A stretch of DNA of 63,432 nt, the filler included, from Rhabdomonas costata (Eukaryota), in the NCBI GenBank assembly GCA_019059605.1. It is 43 parts of 43 records of this genome, joined end to end, with 100 filler letters (N's around TTAATTAATTAA, not from the genome) between each part and the next. Parts side by side here need not be neighbours in the genome. Positions count along the whole stretch, not along the records: positions 48,763 to 50,139 come from JAHMHO010017748.1; positions 50,240 to 51,616 come from JAHMHO010017749.1; positions 51,717 to 53,093 come from JAHMHO010017750.1; positions 53,194 to 54,570 come from JAHMHO010017751.1; positions 54,671 to 56,047 come from JAHMHO010017752.1; positions 56,148 to 57,524 come from JAHMHO010017753.1; positions 57,625 to 59,001 come from JAHMHO010017754.1; positions 59,102 to 60,478 come from JAHMHO010017755.1; 35 more parts are not named here. The stretch is one strand, 5' to 3'. Position numbers and translations under genes: made by a program. The notes below the pieces were generated by a model. It was not told the DNA's origin, did not search any database, and worked only from the letters and a program-made list of their open reading frames with translations. How positions within the stretch are numbered: the stretch's first letter is position 1; each line of letters starts with the position of its first letter. Shown piece after piece: positions 48,663 through 60,822 of this stretch.

Positions 48663-48762
48663 NNNNNNNNNNNNNNNNNNNNNNNNNNNNNNNNNNNNNN
48701 NNNNNNTTAATTAATTAANNNNNNNNNNNNNNNNNNNNNNNNNNNNNNNNNNNNNNNNNNNN

Positions 48763-49697
48763 TCCATGCCGCCGGACTCGGCCTGGCCGGACTTTCTGGA
48801 GGGCTTGGCGACAGGGCAGGGGTCACCCCGAGCACGGCGCTCCTCGAGAAGAGTGAGATAACGCTCCAGGAAGTCCACCCGGTTGTGCAGGTTCGTCAGC
48901 GTGTCCCCCACCTTTTGCATGGGAGAGAGCCAAAACCGGAGCAACAACTCGGACCCCCTCCCCATCCATTCATCCTCGGCCTGCCCTCTCTCAGTTCTAG
49001 TGGGTCTAGTGGGTCTAGTGGGTATTTTGAATACACAAAGCTTCTGACATAAATGGAGAGCTTAGCTTTCGAGTACCATTCCTGAAGGCACCGTAAATCT
49101 CGCACATGTCGTCTTGCCATGAAATGTGCTGACAGTTCGAAGATTTTAACCCGTCACCATTTGGGCCCTTCGTTGTTGCTGGTTACTTGTCCCGTCGAAT
49201 GCTTCGCACTCGACCGGACGGGACGGGACCCACACTTACCCAGCACGCGCCTTGAAGCAATGCAGCACCCGAACGGTCCGATCTCCCACAGTAACACCGC
49301 AATAAAAGTCAGCACGGCGAAAGAGAACCCAAACAAAAATATGGGCAGCTCACTTTGTGGATGGTATGCACTGCAGCATACAGCAGCGGGCTCCACAAAA
49401 GGGAGTGGTGGGTTGGGAGACCTTGTGGAGGCCTCTGATCTTTTCAGAAAGATGGGACAGCCCAGGGAATTCCCTGTGGAAGGAGGACGATGTGTCCGTG
49501 AAGTCCGGGCAAGCGGAGGAGGAAGTGGAGGAAGAGGAGGAGGAGGAGGAAGACGACGAAGTGCTCCCAGCTCCTGCCCCATCGTCGGTAACATCCCCAA
49601 GGGCAAACTTTACCTCCAGGTTTCCAGGGGTACCTGGGCTGGAAAGCACCAGGTAGTAGGGACACTTGGGCTGCGGAGGGAAGCCATCCATTTGCAA
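48763..49697 (-). CDS. Two-exon hypothetical protein with a poly-Ser tract and helical segment
   Basis: SEKIRGLHK|VGDTLTNLHNRVDFLERYLTLLEERR joins in frame over a GT...AAAAG intron. Confidence 0.45.
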
Positions 49698-51127
49698 TGA
49701 TGTGTTTGCGTGTGTATTAAATTTTTATTCGTTTATCTCACAAAAGCTGTGGGAGAACAGATGCGTGTGCCAGGCAATAGGTAATTGCATTGCGGGGTTA
49801 ACGTCCAAAAAAAAGCGCAGGTAGCGCTGCTCCTTGCACCTTCAGTCTCTTTCAATTGCCCCAGACGTGATTTCAACGGAAAACGGGTCGCGATCTGACA
49901 TACTTACATGGTACCACTTGACGCTCACACAGTAGTCACCGCAGTCATAAAAAAATGTGCGCTGTATGCAGGTCCTGTCTCTCAGAAAGTCATATCAAGC
50001 CGAAGGAATTATCCCCTCGGGAGTATGGTTTGCTTTCATTGCGTAAAAGACACCGGTGGCTTCCTTTCCTTTCGGTGGCTTCCTCGCTGATTGCGCGTGC
50101 GTTTTAGTGGCAACACAACAGCAACTACCACACCAAACCNNNNNNNNNNNNNNNNNNNNNNNNNNNNNNNNNNNNNNNNNNNNTTAATTAATTAANNNNN
50201 NNNNNNNNNNNNNNNNNNNNNNNNNNNNNNNNNNNNNNNGTGTTGGTGTCTTACCCGCCGGGGCCTCGATGTACACCACGGGCATGTGTGGTTTGGACTG
50301 CGTCAGTGCCAGCAGCAGCTGCCCTGGCACACAGAGAAACACACGCAGCGTTTGCTCTAGAATTGAAGGTCGCCGTCCGCGCCTTCAGCGTACCAACTTC
50401 TGATCAAGCGCCCCGTGTCCGGTATAATGGCAAATTTATTACTCTTCTTCATTCAGTATGTCTTTCGGTGCTGCTCACCTTCCCATTTCGCCCGGACATC
50501 GCCCTCCCCCCCTCCCTCCCTCGCCTTCAATTCCATCGTTGTGGTGAATGCAGGCTGCTGTTCTGCAGTAAGCTGCCTCAAAAACTGCAAAGGCAAGCAT
50601 GTGCACAAACAACCTTTCTTCATGGGGTGGCATTCTGCGCTTCCATGCTCCAAACCACCCAACGATTTTCGATAACAGGACACAACACCACCCAAAGACT
50701 AAACACGGCTTGCTGCGGTTTTCACTTTTTTGTTTGAAATACGATGGCCGTTGGAGAACCATTATCCCTGAAATATTCCATCCATCCAATCCCATCCAAT
50801 TCCATCCGGTCTCCAAATTTATCTCACTGAGGCCCACTATCCGGCACAACATCAGGCAGCAGGAAGAAATGTACCGGGAAAACCTTTCCACCATGTCCCT
50901 TCCTTCTCATCACTTTCCTAAACTTTTTCGTTTTTTTTGACGCCCCCTCTCACTTTCTTCTCCAAGTCATGCCTGGTTTGAACTGCTGCGAACTGCGACG
51001 GCCTCAGTGCTGTACACAACCTACTTTGGTTGTGTACATGCCAAAGGGTTTGTGTCTTTCCTCCCAATGTCTTCCCGTCCATGCTGGGAAACAAAAGGAA
51101 GGAATCTAGTGTAGGAATGCTGCGAAC

Positions 51128-51458
51128 CTCGGTTCCGCAACGCCACCGCGGCCTCGGGATCGAGTCCGGACATCCCCTCGGCGCACATCTCCAGCACAGC
51201 CAGCTCCTCCTCATAGGTTAGCCGACACCCCGTGGACACCGACCCCACCTCCGTGACGTACCCCACCATCTCCAGCGCGACATTCCAAGGGCACACCAGC
51301 ACCGAGGAACACCCCGCGCAGCTCAGGGAGAGCTTCAGTCGGCAGGCGTGGGCGTCGGGGTGGTGGTCCGGACCCAGGAACTCCAGCTGGTCCCACAGCT
51401 GCTGCTCCTCAGAGCTCAGAGGGATATCCGTAACGACCGCGTCGAGCAGCTCCACAAC
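51128..51458 (-). CDS. Exon of a conserved large protist protein (possibly the DUF3638-containing family)
   Basis: GC3-rich exon with ACAG/GT ends: TDIPLSSEEQQLWDQLEFLGPDHHPDAHACRLKLSL...CRLTYEEEL; family assignment from memory only. Confidence 0.5.
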
Positions 51459-52225
51459 CTGTCACGTACCGCAGGCGGGGAAGAGAGTGTCATGAAGTAG
51501 GGTGACAGGTTAACGCGCCGCTCGTTAGTTTGCAATCCCTCCAACACCTGCCTTGCGCACGACACTCATTAAAGGCCAAGCACACACACCACCCCCCCAC
51601 CAACCACACCCAACACNNNNNNNNNNNNNNNNNNNNNNNNNNNNNNNNNNNNNNNNNNNNTTAATTAATTAANNNNNNNNNNNNNNNNNNNNNNNNNNNN
51701 NNNNNNNNNNNNNNNNGGGGTTGTGTTTTCCATACCATGTGTGGACGATGGCAAATTGGGAAAAGTCGTCCATCAATGTTGGGCTCCATCGTTAGCTGGC
51801 GTTTTGTCGTAGCAGTTTTAAGCACAGGTTTCAATGCCGACAGGTAAAAACATCAGGGCCGTCCGTGGGGAACTTGAGGCAAGCCGATTGCTGCCGCAAC
51901 CGGTGTAACTCGACCATTATCGCGGGATTCACCAAAATCAGCTTTCATATTCGGTATTGGTGATTTTTTTGCCCCGCGAAGTTGGGCGCGCTGTTCTCCT
52001 TGCGAACTGGTGCCGGGGCCCCGGTTCGCCGCTTGAATGCCGACGTCTACAGTGCAGCTTCGTGCAAACCAAAACTATTTAAAGTCACCCAGCCCCAACC
52101 CACACATTTACAAGGCTTACGGACGGCCCCTCACGTCTCACACGCCGTCTATCTGCCTCGGCCGTGCCGCGTCCCTCTTGCCGGTGGTCGTGGCTCTGGG
52201 CTCCGCTTCGGTCAGCTGTCCGGGG

Positions 52226-52780
52226 CCTCCTAATTTCAGAAACCGATTCTTCTTCCCGGCCTAGGATCACTCCTTGCCCGCTAACACTTATCCCCACAAC
52301 ACGTACTTTCACCCACATTTGACCACAACGAAAGTCCCTTCTGGCCATTCCCATTGACCATTGCTACCCTATACCCGTTGTCTTTTTCGTACTTTTCTTC
52401 CTGCCTTTGGTTTCCTTTTGTACCGCTTTTCCCCCGCGGACCTTTTGGTCACTTGACCCTACCGCTTTTTTTTTAAGACCAAAACTAAAGGAATCCAATT
52501 GGAAACCCCCTTTTGCTAGACAACCGAAAACTGAAGCCAATGAAATGATGCAAATATTTCCCATTCTTCCCTCTCTTAATTCCCGTCTTTTTTTCAATCC
52601 GAAGAACCGTGGTTACAATGTGTGTGTTTTTTGGTTCCTTCTAACGGTTTTGTTTTGGGATTGAGAAAGCGGGGGACTTTCAACTAAATTTCTACCGAAT
52701 CAGCAATGTATTTTGTAAAGTAAGTATCAGTAAACCGGGCCCTGAGCCCAGTACGAGGTTCTGGAGTCCGAGCCCTCTCA
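52226..52780 (+). repeat. Dispersed repeat family, copy B (bridges copies A and C)
   Basis: 52226-52449 matches the reverse complement of 56148-56405; 52555-52780 matches 22170-22435. Confidence 0.92.
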
Positions 52781-53195
52781 CCTGGTAGTCTCAGCAGTGT
52801 GCGTTTTCTTTTTTGTCCTTCCTACCGACGTTGTGTCCAATTTTTGTTTTTTCTAACGACTAATAAAAGGGCTATATTTCGAATGTTTTGTTTTGTTTTC
52901 TACTGCTTATTTTCTACCGGTTTTCAGGGAGAAGAAATTCTTTTGAAATAGAATCCGCCCTCCGCGATAGAAATGAGTGCGCCACCACTCCCCGTCTTCT
53001 TATAACGAAACCTCCGCAATCAAGACCCCCAGAGTCAAGCCAAGACCCCCAGATTCACGTACGTGGGTCGGCCTACCGCAGCCCCCCCCAACANNNNNNN
53101 NNNNNNNNNNNNNNNNNNNNNNNNNNNNNNNNNNNNNTTAATTAATTAANNNNNNNNNNNNNNNNNNNNNNNNNNNNNNNNNNNNNNNNNNNNGG

Positions 53196-53708
53196 GTGTT
53201 GTTCTATCGTGGGCTGCTAGAGGATGCGCCGAGTGTTTGCGGCGGAAAGCGGGACTTGAGCTGGTTTCAGGAGCATCCCTGGCTCGGTCCGGTGTCCTTC
53301 ATCGATGCTGCCTCCGGCAGGGCGTCACGCGTGGGTACTTCCCTGCAAAACCTCCGCGAGGTTGAAATGGTTGTTCAGGTGGTCCATCATCTCGTGGACA
53401 AAAATGGAGTGCGTCCCCGTGATATCGGAGTCATCACATTTTATAGCGCCCAGGTGGCCTGTCTGAGGGACGCTTTAAGAGCGCGCGCGGGCCTTCTGGT
53501 CAACACGGTGGATGGCTTCCAGGGAGGTGAAAGACCTATCATTCTTTTATCCTTTGTTCGGGCGAGTAGTGAGACTTCATCCGACATCGGGTTCTTAGAG
53601 GATCCTCGCCGGCTGAACGTCTCTCTCACTCGGGCGCAGAATGCGCTAGTTATGATCGGCAACGTGGGCACGCTCGGTGGCCCTGCCACCCACGCCGTGG
53701 CCCGGTTG
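53196..53708 (+). CDS. UPF1/SEN1/DNA2-like superfamily 1 helicase, C-terminal domain exon
   Basis: IGVITFYSAQV, VNTVDGFQGGERPIILLSFVRA, IGFLEDPRRLNVSLTRAQ. Confidence 0.95.
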
Positions 53709-54140
53709 GTGGGTATTGTGAAAGCCCTTGCATTTTTGCACCCTGAGGGAGTGCTTTCATCAGACTGATGTCTCTGTTCATGGCTCGGGTTTGCGGTTGG
53801 CATTCGGCACATCTTAAGCTGCGATTTTCGAATTTTCCTTATTTGCATTTGAACTTTTGTGAAATCGTGCTGCAAGTTTTTCGGTCAATCTGCATCCCCG
53901 CACCGTTCGGTAAATGTAGATGCCGTTTCATATTTGTTCCATACGACTATTGCGGGCTGCTTGAGACTTTAAACTTTACGCTGCCCACGACTTGCGGCAA
54001 TTTGTCCCATTTTACCGGACAGCCCAAAACTTGCCGTGTGCCATTATTCTTGAAAAACTCTCTTGCATAGCATCTCCTGTTTTAAAATAAACCGTACCCG
54101 GTTGAATTCCGGTTCGGTGCGCTGTGTTTCTCTCCTGCAG

Positions 54141-54570
54141 CCTCGTTTCTCTTGGCTCTGTCCCGCACTGCTTTGGGGTTCGAGGTAGGGATGTACATTA
54201 CCCTTCTACTTTTCTGGCTTTGCCGGGGTCATTTTTTATTTCTGGGCGTCCTCTTAGTGCTTTACGTGATTCGGTGCTCCTTTCTTGTTTCCGCTCGAGT
54301 ACCATACTTTACCTTCACCCGCCCTCCGATGTCCTTGGGTTTGGTCCGAGAGGTTCGGCTGAAGAGCCAAGAAAAAGCGCTTCCTATCCATCGGTTCAAG
54401 ACTGCCTTCTGGTACGTCATCTCTTTGCTGATTGTTCCCTACGAATCTATGGTGATCTGGGTGGACTCGATGGCTGATCCAGACGGAACGAGGGGCTTTA
54501 TTTTGGGCGCTCAGGAGCGAATCCACTCCAAAATTCACAGTGTCTACAACACCCAAGTTGAGCCCGCCAC
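54141..54570 (+). CDS. Hypothetical membrane protein exon
   Basis: TCTCCTGCAG acceptor, open frame with hydrophobic segments (MYITLLLFWL..FLFLGVLLVLYVI; AFWYVISLLIVPY). Confidence 0.5.
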
Positions 54571-54670
54571 NNNNNNNNNNNNNNNNNNNNNNNNNNNNNN
54601 NNNNNNNNNNNNNNTTAATTAATTAANNNNNNNNNNNNNNNNNNNNNNNNNNNNNNNNNNNNNNNNNNNN

Positions 54671-54827
54671 GGGGGTGGTGGCTGTCCTCCGTGCTCACTG
54701 AGGTGGCCGACGTTACCCTGGCACTGGCTTTGACCTCGGGAAGGGAGCGCAGGCCTACCGAGCCGAGAGCCACAGCTAGCACAACCAGTGCCACCCCAAA
54801 CCCAACGTAGGAAACCACTCGGGCCAT
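54671..54827 (-). CDS. N-terminus of a signal-anchor (type II membrane) protein
   Basis: MARVVSYVGFGVALVVLAVALGSVGLRS directly after CTGCAG. Confidence 0.45.
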
Positions 54828-55363
54828 CTGCAGCTCCCCAAGCGCGAGTCACTCCAAGAGGCCGCCCCCGCAGAAAGGAGACAGGGCCTATTTGGCCAGA
54901 GAAGCTGAACAACAGTGGTAGGGGTTTCGACGGGCAACACAGGAGGAGCAACGGTAAGCTTACCGTTGCTCCATTACACCACAGGTTGCTTAACAACAGA
55001 AAAGATGAAAACATTGAATTCGCTAATAATTGGCACGTTTTTCATTCCAGAAAGGAAGCAGTTGGCACCACCTCTGCCTGATGATCGACGCCAGAAAACT
55101 TGGGACAGACCGGTGCGAGGTTGCAAAGAAGAACGCCGGAAGAACGACAAATCAGCACAGAATTCAAGAACTCGCATGAATATGTCACCAACAACTTCAC
55201 GAAGACACACCGAGCACCAAGCACACCGCGTCCATGAGAGTTAGCTCCTTCAACACACACAGAACATCGATTCAGTAAATAAAAATACAAGTCTGTTCTT
55301 TCAGTGCGACCGAAAGAGGGGGGTGGGGAGAGAGGGGTGCCAAAGGAAGAAACGCGTGGGCAT

Positions 55364-56041
55364 TCAGTATTTACAGCGTACGCTTCCCATTCCAAAGCCA
55401 ACAACCAGCCGATTCAGTTTGGGGAAGAAAGAAGAATCCACAAGCGCCTGCACACCCGCAAACCCGATGTTGTTGCGGCTCACATCCAAAGATGTCAGGT
55501 TCGGAAAGAAGTCAGACGTCGCGAGAGCTTGCATTCCTGTAGATCCTATGAAGTTTGAACTCGCGTTCAAAGTAGCAAGGCTGGTGAAATAAGAAGAATT
55601 CGCGAAGAGCTGCATGCCGCCTGCACCAATATCATTTTTGCTCAAATCTAAAAAGGTCAAGCTTGGGAAGGCGGAGGAGGCAGCAAGGGCCTGCATTCCC
55701 GCAGTCCCTATCGTGTTCGCGCTGACATTCAGGGACTTCAAGCCATAGAACGAAGTGGAAGCTACAAGTGCTTGCATTCCGGCGGCTCCGAGTCCATTGC
55801 AGCTCATATCCAGAAAATTCAGACAAGAAAGGTGCGCAGCAACAAGTGAAACCACTCCCTCAGAGTCGATCATGTTGTAGCCCACGTCTAAAGAAGTGAG
55901 GCCGCGGAAGGTGGCAGTGGCCGCAAACGCTTCCATGCCTGCGGAACCACAAGTATTCTCACTCACATCCAATGTGGTCAAGCTGGGGAAAGAACTTGAA
56001 GCCGCAAGGGCTCGCAGTCCCGCAGTCCCAATCCTGCACAA
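55364..56041 (-). CDS. Leucine-rich-repeat protein, RNI-like, with ~27-aa units
   Basis: Eight repeats of IG..GM.ALA.S..F..LT.LD.S.N. Confidence 0.92.
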   Translation of the reverse strand: MCRIGTAGLRALAASSSFPSLTTLDVSENTCGSAGMEAFAATATFRGLTSLDVGYNMIDSEGVVSLVAAHLSCLNFLDMSCNGLGAAGMQALVASTSFYGLKSLNVSANTIGTAGMQALAASSAFPSLTFLDLSKNDIGAGGMQLFANSSYFTSLATLNASSNFIGSTGMQALATSDFFPNLTSLDVSRNNIGFAGVQALVDSSFFPKLNRLVVGFGMGSVRCKY

Positions 56042-56147
56042 ACCCCCNNNNNNNNNNNNNNNNNNNNNNNNNNNNNNNNNNNNNNNNNNNNTTAATTAAT
56101 TAANNNNNNNNNNNNNNNNNNNNNNNNNNNNNNNNNNNNNNNNNNNN

Positions 56148-56405
56148 GCCAAAGGTCCGCGGGGGAAAAGCGGTACCAAAGGAAACCAAAAGCAGGAAGA
56201 AAAGCACGAAAAGGCAACGGGTGGTGCGCAGGGAAAAGACAGTAGTAATGGTAAAGGGGAAATTTCCACAACGGTCATTCGGCCAAAAAAGGGAATTTCG
56301 TTAAAGGGGTACCGTGGGCGAAAGTATGTGTTGTGGGGGCTCTAGTTTCATGGCAAGGAGTGATCCTTGGACGGGGAGAAAGAACGGTTTCTGACATTAG
56401 GAGGA
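56148..56405 (-). repeat. Dispersed repeat family, copy C
   Basis: AAAGGTCCGCGGGGGAAAAGCGGTAC...GGCAAGGAGTGATCCT...CGGTTTCTGA.ATTAGGAGG is the reverse complement of 52226-52449. Confidence 0.92.
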
Positions 56406-57072
56406 CCGTTGCACAAGCTTTTGGACCAACATCCATTTTCAAAGCAAAAGAACGCTACGCTAAACTTTTCCAAAAAGATAAATCCTTTTTTTATCTAGTG
56501 TTGATATTAACACCGGTGTGTATTTTTGTTCATTGAAAGAATAGGCGTTTAAAAACAGAACGATAGTGGTTGATTTGCATTAACTGTGTTCCATACACAC
56601 GGAAACATGTGCTTCTGCCTGAGAAATTTGAGTACTTACTGGTGCACGACAAATGGAATTAAAATTAACGCCAGGACAATCCACCAACAAAAGCAAAACC
56701 ACCACACCAGCAACGTCTTTTATGAAACTTTTCGCGCACATAGTAGAAAGCGCAGTAGAAAAAGTAATGCGACAAAAGTCAAAGCAACCCCTGTCTTCGG
56801 ATCCTTGTTTTCAGCGCCCGGAAGGGCTTCGGAAACGAAGTGGAAGACAATCATGGGATTTTATCCGATACTATGTTGAGGATTTGATCTCCTGGTATTG
56901 GTTTCCGGACCATACTTTCGTGACATCTTTCCTCCAAAAAACTTCGTCCGAGTGGGTTTTCCAATTGCAAGGCTAACTAATTTAACAGCGGACTGTCCCT
57001 TCGGCAGTGGGTGTCCCACCTGCCGCCATCAAGTAGCGCCCATGTGTCTTTGTGGGGAGGGGGTGGGGGCAG

Positions 57073-57237
57073 GTCCTCGTGGGCTGGCCACTACGACTAC
57101 AACACAGTGGACCAGAATGCCATTGTGGGGGCCTTCCGGGCCCGCCCCAACCTGCTCTTTGCGACGGGATTCAGCGGGCACGGGCTGCAGCAGGGCCCTG
57201 CCGTGGGCAGAGCTGTGGCGGAGCTTCTGCTCAGCGG
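57073..57237 (+). CDS. FOXRED1: Exon of an FAD-dependent oxidoreductase, FOXRED1-like
   Basis: [19 protein letters not shown]....[27 protein letters not shown]. Confidence 0.85.
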
Positions 57238-57728
57238 GTGTTTGTGTGCGCCACCGTCGCAGGGTGTGGTCGTCGATTCCTGAGCGATTCACTGCACTGT
57301 TGTTGTTCTCGGTCCACTATTCTGTGCAAGTGTGCTTCTGTGATAGGGTGCTTCACAAAAAATGCACGTATGCTGAGACGGGAAAGTGTGATGAAATGCG
57401 TGAAAGCTGGCATCGCCCCTCACCTACACAAACACGCAAACAGACCACACACACACACACACACCTGGTTCGAATCTTCAACCGAGGGTAGTTGCAAGTA
57501 CACCCGCCCTGCGTGGATCACTGTNNNNNNNNNNNNNNNNNNNNNNNNNNNNNNNNNNNNNNNNNNNNTTAATTAATTAANNNNNNNNNNNNNNNNNNNN
57601 NNNNNNNNNNNNNNNNNNNNNNNNACATTTGTTGCGTTGCCAAACATGAGGGTAATAAGTGGAGTGGAACTGAGAAGAATCATTGACTTTAACGAAGATC
57701 CAACTTCTTTACATTCCCTCCTTTGCAG

Positions 57729-58960
57729 CAGTCCCTGCAGGGGCGTGGGATGGGTCTTTCACCGTCACAGCGTTTGGATTCCGTGATTTGGTTCTCTCCC
57801 CGAATGTGCACGTTAGCGCCCATCTTTCGGCCGTCCGCGTAACCGCTAGCCCCTCAACAGTGGTCGCGGGAGAGCCTGTGCAAGTTCTGCTCAACCTGAC
57901 AAGCACCGCTAGTTCCGAGGAAGGTGAGACTCTGAGAATCACGACGAGCCAGATTGACGTGATTTCTGGGGTTCAGTGGGGTGTTGGCACGCAACCCTTG
58001 AACTTGCAGTCCTGCGAGACGGTACTGTCATCTGCCATTTTGTGCAATCTCAGTTCAGAAGTGCACTTCGTCCGCACCGGCCTTCCGCTGACAGTGGTTT
58101 ACTCGGCAGCGGCGAACGCCATTGGCCCTGGCACCACGACCTTTACCTTCTCCGCCAGTGGATTCGCAGATGCCGTGTTTGCCCCTAATGTGACAGTTGT
58201 GGCCCCAGTTGTACCTCTAGCCACGGCCGACGTCGTTCAAGACAACCCCGTCACCGTCCATCTTTCCTTTAACGTGAGTGCAATGGCTCAGAGTATTGGA
58301 GGAGAGCGTGTACTGCTTCCCTTTTCTGCAGCTGCTGCTGGAACCTGGCCCATGGTGAACAGCTCCATGTTTCCCGGCACGGTGGCTTGCAATGTGACGA
58401 CGAGCAGCCCCATAATGTTCGACTGTCGACTCCCGGTGGGATGCTACGGGCCAACGCCGGTGCCGTTCACGCTGTCGTTCGTGCCCTCAAGCACCATCTG
58501 GGGCACCCCAGCTGTGGTTCCCTTTACATTCCGTGGGGACTATGTCCTGGACACGATCTATTTCCCGCCCCTGATGCTTCCCGCTGGTCTTGTTGTGGAC
58601 AACCTGCTGGTCTCTTCATCCACGGCTCCCTCAGGCGCAATGATTGGGGTGTCCTTCACGATCCGCTCTGCTGCAGTCTTCTCGCAGGGTGGAGAGCGGA
58701 TACTTCTTTCCCGGTCAGATCTGAGCGGGCCAGTACTTTGGAACACGGAGAACCTCTCGGCCAATGCCACTGCCTGCGACGTTTCCTCCAATGCGATCTC
58801 TTGCAACCTTTCCCCAGTGCTCACGTTCGTGCCTTCCACGACTTACAGCCTTTTCCTATGGGTCATCCCCAATACAACAGTGGTGGGAAACTGGAGCCCT
58901 GCGATTCGGGCTTCCGCCTCTTCCTTCGCCGATGCCTTGCTCCCGGTCCCCGTTGTGCAG
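57729..58960 (+). CDS. Large exon of a surface or secreted glycoprotein with tandem beta-sandwich repeats
   Basis: 1.2-kb open frame rich in Ser/Thr/Val, three ~125-aa repeats (GE[T/R]..., C..C pair, A.xFAD) and many N-x-S/T sequons. Confidence 0.8.
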
Positions 58961-59194
58961 GTGCTGGGATTGTGGCACCCCGCCTTGCTGGCAACCCACA
59001 ANNNNNNNNNNNNNNNNNNNNNNNNNNNNNNNNNNNNNNNNNNNNTTAATTAATTAANNNNNNNNNNNNNNNNNNNNNNNNNNNNNNNNNNNNNNNNNNN
59101 NGGGTTGTTGGCAGACGACGAGCTTTCATGACACCCCATGTCTTTATCCCTGGCCCGGACGCTGCCTTCACAACGCCAGTCACAACCAGTCTCT

Positions 59195-60445
59195 TCAGAC
59201 CCAGGCACTGGTGGTGGTGGGGTGTCTTCCCGGGAGGTTGGTCTCGACGGAGGCCCGTGGGGTACGCCGGGGGTTGCGCAGCGCTGAGATCGGAGCCAAG
59301 GGGTTGATCCACTGCGAGCCTGAGGAGGAGCGCCGCGGGGCGCGATCCGGGCCTCCCAGGGAGAGCTTTAGGGTCGCTGTTAGGAAGCCAAACCCGAAAT
59401 CGATCCGGTGCTGCACGGCCTTGCCCACCGGGAGCTCCTTGGTGGCAATGACCTAGAGAAGAAGAGTTGTATAGGGGAGATTCCCAAGAATCCTCCTCGG
59501 TGGCAGCGTCCCTTTGCGAGGCGTTGCAATTCGTCCAGGGCATTAGCATTCCTGAAATCACATCCGAAGCATTTTTCTCGGCCTCATGTGCTCTCTGATT
59601 TGACGCAGTATCAGCGCCTTTTACACAGTACACCTTTCAGCATTTCCTCCCTCTCTTCTTCTCTCTCTCTCTCTGCGAGAATTTAAAAACTTGATTTCAG
59701 ACGTCCTTTTTTGACCTTTTGTGGATGGGGTTTCCCACCCCTGGTAAAAGCACTGGACAGTTAAGTCTTCCCCAAGTCTTCCACATAGTCTGCCACTTTT
59801 TTTCAAGCGAGAACGACCAAAAGGCCTGAAAAAGCCCCCAAAGTGGCCTCGACAGCCACAAAAACGAAGTAGTCAGGCCCGATCCGGAGCCAGCATTCAC
59901 TCCTCCTTTTCCCCTTCCTCTGGTGTGTAAAGCAGCCCCAGCCGAAAGCCTTAGGCTCAGTATGCAGGTCGAACTCCCACAAAAGCCCAGCCCTTAGGCG
60001 TGATGGAGAGGGGAGGGGACGAACCACCCAACCGCGCAACCGCCGACCCCACGGCGCACCATGTGGGAGAGTGTTACGCAGGGATGGCGCATCCTTGTCG
60101 TCTTCAATCCCAGGCACAGCACATCTCCCTCGGGGTCCGTTAGCGGGACCTCCCACTTGGGCTTCCACATCCCCAGTCCAAACCCGTTGGCCACCATCGG
60201 CTTCGCCCGAGAGGTTTCCTTGCAGAACCGGGGGTGCTGCGGAGTGGTGGCGCCCCCTCCCGCGGTGCTGGAGGAGGTGCCGCCTTCCTGAGTGCGGAGG
60301 TCTACGAAGATGCTGCCTCCGGGGCCGATCCGTTTCGCCACAGGGGCCATGCAGAACACCACCGCGAGGTCGTACACGTGAACGGTGTACTGCAGGTGGT
60401 TGTGAAGGCCCGAGACCCGAGAGCAGTCAGAGCCCACCGGAGAAG
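59195..60445 (-). CDS. C2-domain-like protein, 3' part (exons 60445-60060, 59452-59195)
   Basis: TVHVYD, IFVDL, SRAKPMVANGFG..W...WEVPLTDPEGDVLCLGL and VIATKELPV resemble a PLC-type C2 domain; phase-0 GT-AG join. Confidence 0.5.
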
Positions 60446-60822
60446 CTGCGTTTGGAGAAGGGTCCGTAAGAAAATGAANNNNNNNNNNNNNNNNNNNNNN
60501 NNNNNNNNNNNNNNNNNNNNNNTTAATTAATTAANNNNNNNNNNNNNNNNNNNNNNNNNNNNNNNNNNNNNNNNNNNNGTTGGTGTGGAGCGTGGTATAA
60601 ACTCAGACACGTGCAAATGAGTAGTGACAGTTTAATACAAAATTACGGCTTTCAAAACAGGCCTGTGTGTGTGTGTGCTGTTGTCAGCGACCGGATACCG
60701 AGCACCGACCTTCCCGAAACATAAACACTTCAACAGGCGCAAAGGAGGCCTGAGAGCAACTTGAGGGTACAGTGGTTGTGGATGGGTGGGCGGGTGGAAG
60801 ACTGGGAGTGTGTGGTCCGGAC

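Noticed and set aside
57467-57476. GGTTCGAATC tRNA T-loop-like motif
   Set aside because: Flanked by a (CA)n tract with no acceptor, D or anticodon arms
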